Below, piece after piece: positions 13,101 to 25,267 of a DNA stretch of 64,000 nt. The DNA is from Folioceros fuciformis. Its lineage: Eukaryota. The notes beneath the pieces were generated by a model. It was given only the letters and a program-made list of their open reading frames with translations. It was not told where the DNA came from and made no database searches. Both the position numbers and the translations under genes were made by a program. The stretch covers positions 227,972 through 291,971 of the forward strand of contig JBNGIO010006285.1 in NCBI GenBank assembly GCA_049999805.1, read 5' to 3'. Numbering within the stretch: the stretch's first letter is position 1; each line of letters starts with the position of its first letter.

Positions 13101-16018
13101 GAACAGTTCCAGCTGCTGCAGCCACACCTTCGGCAGTCTGACCTGAGGCTTCCATTCTTCCTACTGCTGCATTGGAAGGGTCTTCAACTGTGTCGTCTTG
13201 CCTGAACGACCCATCTACTCCAGTGGCATCAGCATGATCCTGAGGCCCGGACTCCATGGTCTGCAGAATTAAAGGAGTTGAAGTTTCTGCAACCATAATG
13301 ACACTGGGCATCACTGAGGTTCCTGCACCGCTCATACCCGTCAGTCCAGACCACCCTTGGGTCAAAGAATCTTTCCTCACATGAGAACTATGCATTTCCT
13401 CCAAGGAGAATATCTTGCCTGATGGGGGAGAGCCTAAACGTGACACTGCATTTCCAGCCTCGATGTTTGCATCAGAAGTCTCCGGTTGCTGAGTTGCTAT
13501 CACATCCTGGAAGTTCTCTGCACATGTTAAGGCAGCATGTTCCACTCCACCAGCTGGATAAGAAACCGTTTCTGGTGAAATATTGCCCACGACACCCCCT
13601 ACAGGCCCTGTTGTAACGGTAGTCATCGCTTCTGTGGCCACTATCGGTGTTCTTGTCACAACATCGTCATTGTCGAGGGAAACTACAACAGGAGACAACA
13701 CACTAGAATTCCCACCCGCAGCTGGCGGATGTGCAGATGAAACAGCATTGGATATTCCAGATGGTAACCCTGCAGCAGTTGGTTCAGTGCCAACAACTTG
13801 AGAGGCACCAGAAGACATGAGAGTATCTACAGGATGAGCAAGCTCCTGGGAGGGATGCGCAGGAACATCACTTGCAACGGCGAGGTCATTAATCTGTGAC
13901 AGACGAGAAGACATGATCCCTCTAGAAGTCCTTTGTTGTGCTGTGGGTGTGCTAGAAGCTATTCCTTCAAGAGCGGCTTGAATTCTTTCACAAGCTGTTC
14001 TCCACCTTCCTTCCCATTGTGACCTTCCTCCGTGAGTTTCGTCCTGACCTTCATTTAAAGCTGCATGCCAACACCCGTTTGTGACAGCTGCAACAGACAC
14101 CTAGCATATATGAAATGCATAGGTTGAACAGCAAGAAACACTGTATAGGGAATGCAGGCACGTCAGTAGATACATATATAATTCAAACAAAGAAAGCTAG
14201 TTTGGCACAAACATCGCAAATGTCTGGCTAGGTCCATGGATCCAAGCTCTAAACGAATTCATCGAACTTGTGCAACACAGAAGGACCGTTACCCCCCGTG
14301 GAGGGAGATGCTGCAAAACTTGAAGTGGTACACAGAAGGGTTTTCGCAAGCAATTACTCTACTTCCTGAAACTAGTTGCGCAGCGAAAAATATAGCAGGG
14401 CCACACAACTCATTGGTTCTCACTGACCTGGTATGTCATCCCCAAATGCTGTTTCCATCCATGGCTCATTGATCTGGTTACCATGGCTAGTCAAGCAAAC
14501 CAGACAAGCTGTTGGTTAATAAGCAACACTTGAAAGGCAGACAAACCACCCACTGGAAGACAAATCAGCAGCAGGCCGTTTCCACAAATCACCACAACTG
14601 AAAACGACAGTATGCTACAAATTACGACGGATAGAAGTCACCTACATGAGAGCTCCATAGACAAGTATTTGCGCCCTAAGCTGTGCTTCCTGCAATCTGT
14701 TCAGTTGGGGCTTCAGTGCTAGGGGAGGAGATCCCTCACTTTCGTTCAAATCAGGAAGGGACACAGATTCTCTGGAAGCCCGAGGTTGTCCAAATGGTGC
14801 TGAAGTTGAAATTATCCTTTCCCACCCATGATTAGGGTAAGTGCCAGAATGATATCCAGATGACTCAAACTCTGAAATTGAGTGTTTCTCTTCAATGAGA
14901 GAGGCGTAGGCAACAGGTTCAGTTTTGTCAACAGGCCTCAAGTCATGTAGGACTTCTACCAAGGACTGCACCCTCACATCAGATAGCAACACTTGCTCGT
15001 GAATTCCCTGGATTGACTCGAAATGGCTGCCACTCAGGGACACACTTGGATTGCCGTTAATCTCGCCCTGTGCACCCTGAACAACCCCAGAAACACAAGT
15101 ATCTTTTTTAGAACATGCCATTACTTCAGAAGCCACTGTGTCACACGGTGGAGTCCCAACATTGGCCACAGACCCTGTTCTACCATCCACACCCTCGTGC
15201 CCAGACCTCCTATCACTAGAAGAGGAGGGAGGCCTATCTAATTCAGTACGGACAGTCCTCCCATCAGGTCGTCCATCTTCAGATTCATCAGCGTCAGCTC
15301 TAGTGATTATAATGTTTCTAGTAACTCCGAAAGGGAGTCTATCAACGGGAATCATAGGCCGGTCCACCATCCTCCCAATCTGCTTGGCTGAAGAGCGCAA
15401 GTTTATCTCTCGGACACTTGCAATTCTGTCCCGCAACACCTCAGTGTCAGGCATGTGGTCAGAAATAATGAGAGTTCTGCCCCTCTGATCAGATTCAAGG
15501 GTCAAAGATTCCGAGGACACCCCAGCAGTTGAGGCTGGCATTCCAGCAGAAGCTGGAGATAGACCTATGCAACTTTCATTCAACTGGACCTCGCCAGCAG
15601 GCCTACAGCGCACTGTCTCCACAGTCCTCATGGCTACCGCCTGAGGAAGAGGCCCTTGCCACTCTTCACTTTTTACGGTCACAACATCGTCACACACGCT
15701 GGCAGTCTCCAAGGCAGGACTCTGCCTCCTGTAGTCTTCGTTATTGGACATGGACTTGTGATCCATCGCACTTCCGCTGGTCTGCCATAGGTCGCCCCTT
15801 ATTGCATCAAGAGCTTCAACTTTAACTCTACTTGTTCGAAACTCCATGTTCAATCCACGACCAAGCTGTAGGCCGGGAGGACCAGCACCGGATCCTTGTG
15901 GCGCCCCGGCTATAACATCGCTGTGCTGCTGCGAGCGTTGGTCCATTCCGAACTTCAACCGATCTGGATCAAGGATCCGTCCACAAGCGTCTGATCCGGA
16001 GCAAGGATCTGTCCACAT
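10121..16018 (-). CDS. Large Agenet/Tudor-domain nuclear protein, SWOLLEN1/G2484-1-like (multi-exon; start codon uncertain)
   Basis: 'QLRAQILVYGALM', 'WEGRWRTACER', Ala-rich 'AAAAASVAKAAAEIAK', 'VISMGDPFP', Agenet motifs 'EGAIVEV..GLRGAWF', 'WAIGDRVDAWIRDGWWEG' and 'DLRPTLVWRDGNW', and a Lys-rich tail. Confidence 0.8.
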
Positions 16019-16370
16019 GCGTCTGATCCGGAGCAAAGATCTGTCCACAAGCGTCTACCACGAGGAAATCCCCTCACGAACCTGGCGCCATCCAAAAGCG
16101 ACTGCGTACTCCCATCTTGCGAGCTGGCCCAATGTGCAAGCAACCCTTGTACTCTTATTTTGTAAACTGGTTCAGATGTGCAAGCAAGCCTTGTACTCCC
16201 ATATTGTGGGCTGGCTCAGATGTGCAGGCAAGCCTTCTACTCCCATATAGTAAGCTGGCTCAGATGTGCAGGCAGGCCTTGTACTCCCATACTGTGAGCT
16301 AGCTCAGATGTGCAGACACGCCTTGTACTCACATCTTGTGCTGGCTCAGAGGTGCAAGCAAGCCTTCTTC
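15960..16370. repeat. Two adjacent minisatellites (~29-bp and ~44-bp units) at the 5' end of the Agenet gene
   Basis: GCGTCTGATCCGGAGCAAGGATCTGTCCACA in 2-3 copies, and a unit resembling GCAAGCCTTGTACTCCCATATTGTGGGCTGGCTCAGATGT in about 5-6 copies. Confidence 0.8.
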
Positions 16371-18439
16371 AGCCGCTCGGGGCTTTCACCGGCAACAATC
16401 CTGCCGGATGGTCTTGCCCTTGAGTTGTCCTGGTGCTCCTGGTATTTCGACGGCTGCAGACAATGCCAGGCATGCAGTAGCGAGCCTACAGGTTCTGTTT
16501 ACCACATCTGAATACTTCCGTGACAGGACACTGCTGTTTCCTGCCTACATGTCGCTAACTCACAACCTATATCGACTACATATATTGAATACTCCCTACA
16601 CGTTCTTGGCCACACATGGTGCTTCTTGCGCCTAGCACACAATGTGGCTCAAATACAGATATACCCCAGGGCAGCCGCTAAGGACGCGGATACGGAAAAT
16701 GGAAAGGCCATTAATAACGGGAACAAGGCCCCCCATACACCACAAAAGCCCTCTCCACATACTCATCTACAGCCACTAGGCGCAGCAAGAAAGACAAGCC
16801 AAAAGAAAGGCACGCAAAGCAGAAGACACCTCCTCCAAGCCTCGGGAGCCGTGACACTACGCCTTGCCGAGCTGAGCTGAGACGAGGGAAGTGACAGCAA
16901 CATTGAGCTAACAGGCGCACATGCACAGCAACAACATGCCAGAAGAAGGCAGAGAGCCAGGAAGCAGGAAACATAGGGGGAATAGGGGAAGCGGGGGAGG
17001 AGCAGGGAGGCAACAAACCTGCAACCAGCTAGCTGAAGCAGGCGACGGGTTCTCCCTCCGACTGCTGCACCGTCCGACTCCCTTCGGAAATCGTCCAAGT
17101 CTTCCCGCACCGGCCCATCACCCGCCGCCTACCTGGTCCAACGTTGCAACACTGAGACTGGCTGAGCCCACCATAAACAATCCGGCGACCAGTCAAGAGC
17201 TTCCCACGTCCACAGCGTGATGCAGGGGTCCAGGAAAGGAACTCAAGGCTTGGGGCCATCCAGGAAGGCATCCTATGTGCGAAAAACGGTACGAAACCCT
17301 GGCCCGTTTCAAAACGTCCACAAGAGTTCACGAAGTTAAAAAGGTGGCTCCCGTGGGTGGGTTTCGCCGTAATTCGCCACTTTCCTCCATCGCCCTCTTC
17401 CCAAGGCCGTTTATTCCTCGGGCGCCGGCTGGGTAAGTGGAACGTGAGACGCTCCTGTCCGTCGCCACCGATTTGCAACAACTCATCAGTCACGCACATC
17501 AGGCTGCTGCGACATTTCATCGACGATCAGGGGTTTACCACGAAGCGAAGGTGTTTGATTCACGTAGAGGGAGTCAGAAGCTCTTGCACTCGGCATCAAA
17601 CCGGTATGTACCGACTGTGATGAGGAACGGATCTGTTTCATGAATGGTAGCCTCGGATGTGGGGACAGCGGACGCTGGAATCTGTTGGCTGTCAACTTGT
17701 TTACAAACGATCACCACATGTACAATGAATGGACTGGACTGCGAACCTAAGCGGCAGCATGAGAAACAGAGTGAGGAAAATGACAGCACGCGGGTCTCGT
17801 ACTTCCATGGACGACTCACACATCCAGGAAACGAACCCAGCCGGTGTGGAGGTGCAGCTTTAACATCCAGGACGCACCGGAGACCTCCTGCTGGTTGGTT
17901 TGTTCTGATGGTGGGTCCTCTTCGTACGCCTACCCGATTGCTGCACACCCTGATGGCCTATCCAGACATACATATGATGGTCAGGCTGTGGACAAACTCA
18001 AAACGGACAAGGAATCAGCGCTTTGCGAACCTGCCTAAGCTCGAGGCAAAGTATGGAAACACAATTCACCTCGTCTGCGAAGTGGGCATATGCACGAGAG
18101 CAGGACACGGTAGATGTCGCCCCATTCGTCTACCAGCCCAACTCACAAAGCGACCCCGAGTCACCTGAAGCCGAAGACAATGCTGGATGAAGGTGACAGT
18201 ATACTGTACATGGCAGATCGACTGACACACGACATTCAGAGGCTGGGAGAGCTGACAATATGCCGAGGGTAAAATTTAAGCCAGGCTCCGCGAAGGAGAG
18301 GCAGAACTACTCGATTCAGTGGTGAGGGGCCGGCAAAAAGTGGCGGAAGCCCTCAATTTCACAGCAAGTAGTTGCAAAATTTTGGCTGGCCTCAACAAGT
18401 TGGCGACAACTGGGATTTCATCCCCACTCCTGTCTACGA

Positions 18440-19277
18440 CTACTTGGCAGCAGCACCTGCCGGCCGAGGAGCCCCAGGGCCTCCCGCAGCCGGGCGAGGA
18501 GGGCCGTCCTCCTACACCAACCAGAAACAACAAGACACAGTAAGGCACGACTGCTCGAAAGGCCCCACCCCAAAGCAACTTCAACTCCAGACAACCCCTC
18601 CACCCAGCCTACCTTGCGCCTGTACCGCTGAGGAGGCTCACGAATACGGCGAGCAGACCGTGACCTTACTCTCACGACGTGGGAGTGAATGGCACACGAG
18701 ATGCAATACTGCATCTTCGCATACAACTTGGGGAGCGTGTACGCTGCACAGAGCCAAAACGATTCATCAACATCTAAGCAATAACAAAAACCCTCAATAA
18801 GGCCAAAACCCCTAAAAGCCACATCACCGCCACCACGGTCACAGAGTCCAACAAACGAGGACGAACCCTACCATCATAAACGCAGGCCTCCTGCACGTCC
18901 CGGACGGCCGCTTGCTCCACAATGTTGCGCACAAGAAAGCGCTTGACAGCCTTGTCCTGCGCAATCAACAGAGCCCCATCGTCAACCCCGCTGAGAGCCG
19001 GGCCACGACACCCCGCCGCTGATCCAGGAACCAAAAGCTACACAATCGCTCACCTTGGGGACACAGCGAGCACAATTGGAGCAGCGGATGGGGTTCACAT
19101 GACCCCGCCCGTGCTTGTTCCGACCGCCGCTCCTGCGCTTCACCGTCTGCACATCACCCGCCACAATGAGCTCCGGCGGCAGAGAATCCACAACACCCGA
19201 GCCTCCCCCTTCCACAGGCTTCACACGCGCAACCAACCCTTCCTCCCGCAGACTCGACTCAACCCTCCACTCACCAT
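18440..19277 (-). CDS. RPS26: 40S ribosomal protein S26 (eS26); first coding exon is the ATG alone (19277-19275)
   Basis: [53 protein letters not shown]...|[27 protein letters not shown]...[19 protein letters not shown]...AAK*, joined by GT-AG introns. Confidence 0.97.
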
Positions 19278-20121
19278 GGTTGCTCGAGCGGGCTGCCGAC
19301 GACGCCTTGAAAGGAAGAACGGAGAGAAAGCTTCGCGCTCGGCTTGTGGCTATATTGTACCCAATTTAGGGCTTTTTAGGGCTTCCTTCCCTTGCATACG
19401 AGAGGGCTGATCGGAGATATCATGAAGGGTAGCAGTGGGGCCCGCCGTGGTGTTCTTCACAAACTGCAGGTCTTGCTAATGGACTGCTAATGCCCTTGCG
19501 CTGCTTTGTGGAGGGCTGGTGGAACTTCGGGTTTGGGATAGAGCGCATAATGAGGTGCAAAGCACACAGCATGGCCGGGTTAAATATCGTTTTTCAGTAA
19601 AGTGTTAGTTTCTGTTTCAAGCACACAAAAAAACTGGTTTAATGGTCAAACTCAATCAGATCTATATAATAACTTGAAATTCTTATCGAAGTGACCCTAC
19701 ATGGTCATTGTAAGGGTGACCCTTCATAAGCAAGACCTGGTCTCACCGTACTTGCAGCCATCACAAAGATGGCCACATCTTAAAATGCTCCTCATGGGCC
19801 TAGCAGTACGCCATGTTTGTGATAGCAAATCCTTCCTCAATCTTAGAGGATAGTTTCCAACACACACATGAGGCTTGTGGTAGGATGTAGGTGATGCACT
19901 CAAGGTACTACAAACAATAGTGATGCAACCAAAGTACCACAAATAATGGTGGAGGGCAAGAGACAATATAGGAAGGGGAGTTAGGGCATGGCTCACACTT
20001 CAATGTCTTGAGAGTGAAGCAGGTGTACCAAAGGAAGTGGAAGCTTTCCAACTTTAAGGCTCTTTGTATCTTTGTACTAGAGAGGAGGAAGATGATGCGT
20101 TCCTATTTTTAGGCACTTTGT

Positions 20122-21135
20122 CCTATAGAGCATGATGATGACACATTTCTGTGCCGACTAGGTGTGCCAAAAGTGCTATAGAGCATGATGATGACACATT
20201 TGTGTGCCGACTAGGGTGCGAGACACAGACACAGGTGTGTTCAATTGGGAATAGACCAAGGTGCATGACATAGGAGTGTTCAATGTCAATGGGGCATAGA
20301 CCAAGGTGCCTGACATAGGAGTGTTTAATGGGGCGTAGATTGAAGTGCCATGGGTGTAGACTAAGGTGCCTGACACACGAGTGTTCAATGGACTGACACA
20401 AGAGTGTTCAATGGAGCATAGATGAGGTGCATGACATAGCAGTGTTGAATGGACTGACACAAGAGTGTTTTTAATGGAGCGTAGATTGAGGTGCCTGACA
20501 TGAGTGTTCAATGGACTGACACAAGAGTGTTCAATGGAGTGTAGATTGCGGTGTCTCACACAAGAGTGTTCGATAAGGTATAGTCTAACATGCCTGACAC
20601 AGGAGTGTTCAATGGAGTGTAGATTGCGGTGCCTGACACAGGAGTGTTCAATGGACTAACACAAGAGTGTTCAATGAAGTGTAGATTGCGGTGCCGGACA
20701 CAAGAGTGTTCAATAGGGTGTAGTCTAACATGCCTCACATAGGAGTGTTCGGTGGGGCCATAGACTAAGGTGTTTGATACAAGAGTGTTCAATGAGGTGT
20801 AGATTCAGGTACATGACATAAGTGCGGNNNNNNNNNNAAGAGTGTTCAATGAGGTGTAGATTCAGGTACATGACATAAGTGCGGCCATAGACTAAGGTGT
20901 CTGATATAAGAGTGTTCAATGAGGTGTAGATTCGGGTACATGACATAAGAGTGTTCGGTGGGGTATAGATTGAGGTACTTGTTTGGTGGGGCGTAGACTA
21001 AGGTGCCTGACATAGGAGTGTTTAATGGGTTGCAGACTAAGGTGCTTGACATTTGATGGGGTGCACACTAAGGTGCCTAACACAAGAGTATTCAATGGGG
21101 TGCAGCAAAACACAAGAGTGTTCAATGGGGTGCTG
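20122..21135. repeat. Degenerate satellite/minisatellite array (~39-bp units with ~22-bp subunits)
   Basis: More than 20 variants of GAGTGTTCAATGGRGTGTAGA(C/T)T..GGTGCCTGACACAA. N gap at 20828-20837. Confidence 0.9.
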
Positions 21136-21429
21136 TAGAAGAAATAATCTGCACAATTTGATTAAGAAGCTTACGAACATTTGTACACAATAGTCTCACT
21201 GTGTTATAGACATTTGTATGACAAACTCACCCATGGTGGTGTGAGAAGCTTTGGGATATTTATACAACAATCTCACCATGGTGAAGTCCCTCTAGGGAGA
21301 GCTAGAGAAGTTGAGGGCTACCACATGGCAATGTGCAAAGAAATGTGGAGCCTACCTCTCAAGTTAATTGGAGGGTTGGATTAATTGGCTAAGTTAATAT
21401 GCATAGGCCTAGGCCTTTGCTTGTATGCC

Positions 21430-22130
21430 TGATGCCTCTAAGGTAGTGATGTGGTAGCTCTAGAGTTATGTTGAACCTCATTTTGTTTGTTGAGGTTGAT
21501 GGAGGTCATGTTTTGGTACGATGTCCCCATGGAGTGTGGCAAAGCCTTGTTGAAAGAGATGGCTGCGGCAAGGTACAAGATTATCCAGCTCAAGTAAGGT
21601 CCAGGTCTTCGCAGCTGAACTTTAGAATGGGATGTCTTCATGGACAAAGAAACAAGTTTGTAGATAGACAAGTTTGTCCGGACCGATGGGTTCACAATCG
21701 AGGTGGTGTTGGAAGCAAACAAAAAAAAAATCTAGGCGAATAATGTAGTGTGTCCCTCGGGTGATAAGGAGACGTGCAAATATCCAAGAACAGGATACCA
21801 GGGCACATTCCATAGAAAAGTTCGGAGAAGAAGATCCAGATGTCAGGACTGTGCCCATCGGTATCCCATAGTATCGATATCGTCACCTTTGTTATGTTAG
21901 GAAGTTTTCGTCTCGATCTGTATGTTGTGAGACCATGGCTGGCTTTAGGGTTGGGGTTTCACAAAGCTATGGGCTTTGCTCTCCTGAAGATGCAAGTTCA
22001 GGAGAAGACGAGGACATACGCCATACGGATGGCAATAGATGGTGCCAGCAATCTCAATGAGAAGGTAAATGGGACGTGGTGTAAGATGTGCACTCCATGG
22101 TCAATGGGCTGGAGACCGGGATGGAAGGGT
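21430..22130 (-). mobile_element. Possible highly degenerate retroelement relic
   Basis: Stop-riddled frames with an 'LQESK' string resembling the LINE APE-endonuclease 'LQETK' motif. No other diagnostic motif was seen. Confidence 0.25.
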
Positions 22131-22795
22131 TAGAGAAGTTGATGACTGGTACGAGACAGTTTGTAGCAGATGGACGCTATCCTCCGATGCACTCGATGGA
22201 TTGGTGTAGGGCTGCTCAGGACTACATGTAGGGATGCTCCATCTTGCAAGGGAAGGGATTCCTCTAGCTGTAGAAGCGCCTGTCGATCTCCTTTTTTCTG
22301 CCATGGAGTCACTTTCCATGCCGGACGTTCTTCCGGGAGAAGTTCAGTTCGAAATCCAAGACAGCAGCTTGTTAATCGATGTGGCAAGTTGCATCCAAGC
22401 CAAGCACCATTCTTGCCTATCCCTCCCTTCTCGGGATGTGGCTCTTCGCTAGCTCGCCTGTTGGCCGCTGCGTTCTTGCTAGCTGGATTGAGAATAATAG
22501 AGCTGGTGATGGGTGCGTGAGTGGCGCAGAAAAAACTGCGTGTTTCCAGAAACTTCCACAGCCATCGCATGGTGCAAAGATTGGAAACAGCAGCGAGTGA
22601 TGTTGGCAGCCGTGTGTGACGGATGAGGGTGATTGTTGAACGAGCTGAAATCCGCGTCTACGACATGGCATGATTGGGACAGCCGGAAGGCATACTTGGT
22701 TGCGGAAGGCACCAGATTAGCCTGCCGGTGCCAGGTTACGGGCCAAACCAGGATGAATGCTGGCATGAATCGTGTTGCTCCGCCCCAATTTCAAC

Positions 22796-25126
22796 ATGTC
22801 GAGAGGGCTTGTGCATGGATTGGATGGTGGGTGCTGGAGCAAGGTGTGGGAGGAGGGTCACCTGAGGGAGGTGGTGGGGAGGTTGGGCCTCCTAGTGCAA
22901 CAAGGGCTCTATACTCCTGCAGTCCTGTTCCACCGTTTGCTCACCAGCTGCATTGCACACACGCTTGTGGGTCACGGCCCGGGCGTCCATGCTCTTGCTG
23001 TGGACAACGGGTACCAGGGGAGCCTGCACTTGGCCAGCCACCTCATCCGCATGTATGCTTCGCATGGGAGGGTGCAGGCAGCGCTTCATGTTTTTACCAC
23101 AACGACCACCACCACCCTGGGAGCACCACATGCCTTGCTGTGCAACTCCATGATTCTAGCCCATGCCCAACACAGGCAGCCTGAGCGTGCTATCAAGCTG
23201 TACAAGGAGATGAGGGAGGCGGACGTGAATCCCAGCGTGCATGTTCTTGTGGCAGTCCTGAAAGCATGTGCATGTGTTGCGGACCTGGTGTCCGGGAGGG
23301 AGGTTCACGCTCACGTGTTGTGGAGTGGAGTTGAGGCTAACGTTATTCTGGGCAACTGCCTGGTGGACATGTATGCAAAATGTGGCAGCTTGAGTGATGC
23401 TCGCACAGTGTTTGACACATGGCCTGTGAGGGATGTTGTGACATGGACTGCCATGGTGTCAGGGTATGCCAAATCCGGCAGCCTAGAGGCTGCCCGCAGC
23501 TTGTTCGAGGCCATGCCGGCCAGGAATGTGGTCACATGGACTGCCATGATTGCAGGCTACGCTAACCGAGGGCTCGGGGAGGAGGCTCTTGATCTGTACG
23601 CCAGGATGCAACAGGAAGGAGTGACCGTGCCAGATGACTTCACATTTGCCTGCCTCTTGAAAGCATGTGCCACTGCCAGAGCTTTACACGACGGGAAACA
23701 GATCCATTCCCAGATTCGAAACCGAGGTTTCGAATCAGACATGGTGATCGCCAGCAGCCTGGTGGACATGTACTCCAAGTGCGGGAGCTTGGAGGATGCA
23801 CGGCGGGTGTTCGACAGCTTGACTACCAAAGATGTGGTGTCGTGGAATGCCTTGCTCGCAGGGTATTCCCAGCATGGGCTCGCCCGAGACTGTCTCCTAC
23901 TGTATGCAAGAATGCAGCAAGAGGGCGTCACGACACCAAACCATGTCACATTCACATTGCTCCTGAATGCCTGTGCCAGCATGGGAGCTCTGCAGCACGG
24001 CAGGGCACTGCATTGCCAGGTCTTGGAAAGAGGCCTGCAAGATGCAGTCATGGTCGGGAACAGCCTGGTGGACATGTATGCCAAATGCGGCAGGCTGGAC
24101 GAGGCTCGCAGCTTGTTTGCTGCCATGCCCACCAGGGACATAGGGACTTGGAATGCGATGATGTGCGGGTACGTCCAGAATGGGCTCGGACATGAATCCC
24201 TCTGCCTCCACACGAGGATGTTGCAGGAGGGCATGGTGGATGAAGCCAACCAGGTTACTTTCTTGTGCCTCCTCAAAGCATGTGGCAGTGTCGGAGCCTT
24301 GCATGAGGGCAAGGAGCTCCACTCGCTCATCAAGGAACGAGGTCTGGAAGGTGATCCAGGCGTCGGCAACTGCCTGGTGGACATGTATGCCAAATGCGGG
24401 GACCTGCAGGAAGCTCGCAGCCTGTTCTGCAATTTGCACACCAGGGATGTGGTGGGATGGAATTCAATGCTGGCAGGTTATGCGCAGCATGGGCTCGCTC
24501 AAGAGGCCCTGGAATGTTATGACGAAATGAAGATAGCAGGGATCAAGCCAGATGAGGTTACTTTCCTTGCCCTCCTCTCTGCCTGTAGCCATGCTGGGCT
24601 GGTGGACCAGGGTGTGGCACACTTTGAATCTATGAGAAGCGAGCATGGCATAGCTCCACAGATTGAGCACTACTGCAGATTGGTGGATCTGTTCGCCCGC
24701 GCTGGATGCTTCAGCCGGGTGGAAGATGTTGTGGCAGGAATGCCCATGGAGCCTGATCTGGCTATCTGGTTGTGTGTGCTTGCTGCCTGTCGGAACCATG
24801 GCAACCTGCAGCTAGGAGAAAAGGCCTTTGGTCGCGCCGTGCAACTTCAACCAAGGCACACAGCCGCTTACGTTTTGATGTCGCACATCTATGCCGACGC
24901 AGGCTTCCTGGACCTCGCAGGGGACGTGCAGTCTATGCGACAAAACTGGTTGGCATGGAAGAGACCTGGCCACAGCTGGGTTGAACTCGAACAACAAGCG
25001 CACAGCTTTATGGTGGGAGGCGGCAAGTGTTCCGAACATGGCGAGCTGATTTGCCCTGTTGTAGGGGAAGTGAGCTTGAGATTAGAGGAGGAAATCACAC
25101 AGCAGGGAAACCGTCTTCAGGGATAA
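22796..25126 (+). CDS. PLS-class PPR protein ending in E1-E2-E+ (PG box, no complete DYW); intronless; candidate organellar RNA-editing specificity factor
   Basis: Repeated P-L-S triplets ('LVDMYAKCG', 'DVVSWNA', 'TFLALLSACSHAGLV'), one SS-type motif, E motifs, then 'WKRPGHSWVE...HSFMVGG' and a stop with no HxE/CxxC. The first ATG is at 22796; the ORF track opens at 22772. Confidence 0.95.
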   Translation: MSRGLVHGLDGGCWSKVWEEGHLREVVGRLGLLVQQGLYTPAVLFHRLLTSCIAHTLVGHGPGVHALAVDNGYQGSLHLASHLIRMYASHGRVQAALHVFTTTTTTTLGAPHALLCNSMILAHAQHRQPERAIKLYKEMREADVNPSVHVLVAVLKACACVADLVSGREVHAHVLWSGVEANVILGNCLVDMYAKCGSLSDARTVFDTWPVRDVVTWTAMVSGYAKSGSLEAARSLFEAMPARNVVTWTAMIAGYANRGLGEEALDLYARMQQEGVTVPDDFTFACLLKACATARALHDGKQIHSQIRNRGFESDMVIASSLVDMYSKCGSLEDARRVFDSLTTKDVVSWNALLAGYSQHGLARDCLLLYARMQQEGVTTPNHVTFTLLLNACASMGALQHGRALHCQVLERGLQDAVMVGNSLVDMYAKCGRLDEARSLFAAMPTRDIGTWNAMMCGYVQNGLGHESLCLHTRMLQEGMVDEANQVTFLCLLKACGSVGALHEGKELHSLIKERGLEGDPGVGNCLVDMYAKCGDLQEARSLFCNLHTRDVVGWNSMLAGYAQHGLAQEALECYDEMKIAGIKPDEVTFLALLSACSHAGLVDQGVAHFESMRSEHGIAPQIEHYCRLVDLFARAGCFSRVEDVVAGMPMEPDLAIWLCVLAACRNHGNLQLGEKAFGRAVQLQPRHTAAYVLMSHIYADAGFLDLAGDVQSMRQNWLAWKRPGHSWVELEQQAHSFMVGGGKCSEHGELICPVVGEVSLRLEEEITQQGNRLQG

Positions 25127-25267
25127 GCTTGACATAAATTTGAACAGGTTCCGTTCACCCGCTTATATTATTGCAACTCGAAGTGTCAAACAAGAAAAGG
25201 ACCTAATGAGGTCAAATTACCACATTCCTGATCAAAGGGTAAAATTCAAAACCTGAAACCCCATGGG

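Noticed and set aside
20122-21135. CRISPR-like appearance of a constant core with variable intervening sequence (also 2300-2672)
   Set aside because: The intervening sequences are homologous to each other rather than unique spacers, the context is eukaryotic and there are no cas genes.
22130-22570. 146-aa minus-strand ORF upstream of the PPR gene
   Set aside because: It has no recognisable motif or splice structure and adjoins degenerate TE-like sequence.
23557-24441. Long antisense ORFs over the PPR genes, THADA, the Agenet gene and the DUF3727-like gene
   Set aside because: These are shadow frames of real coding sequence with no independent motifs.
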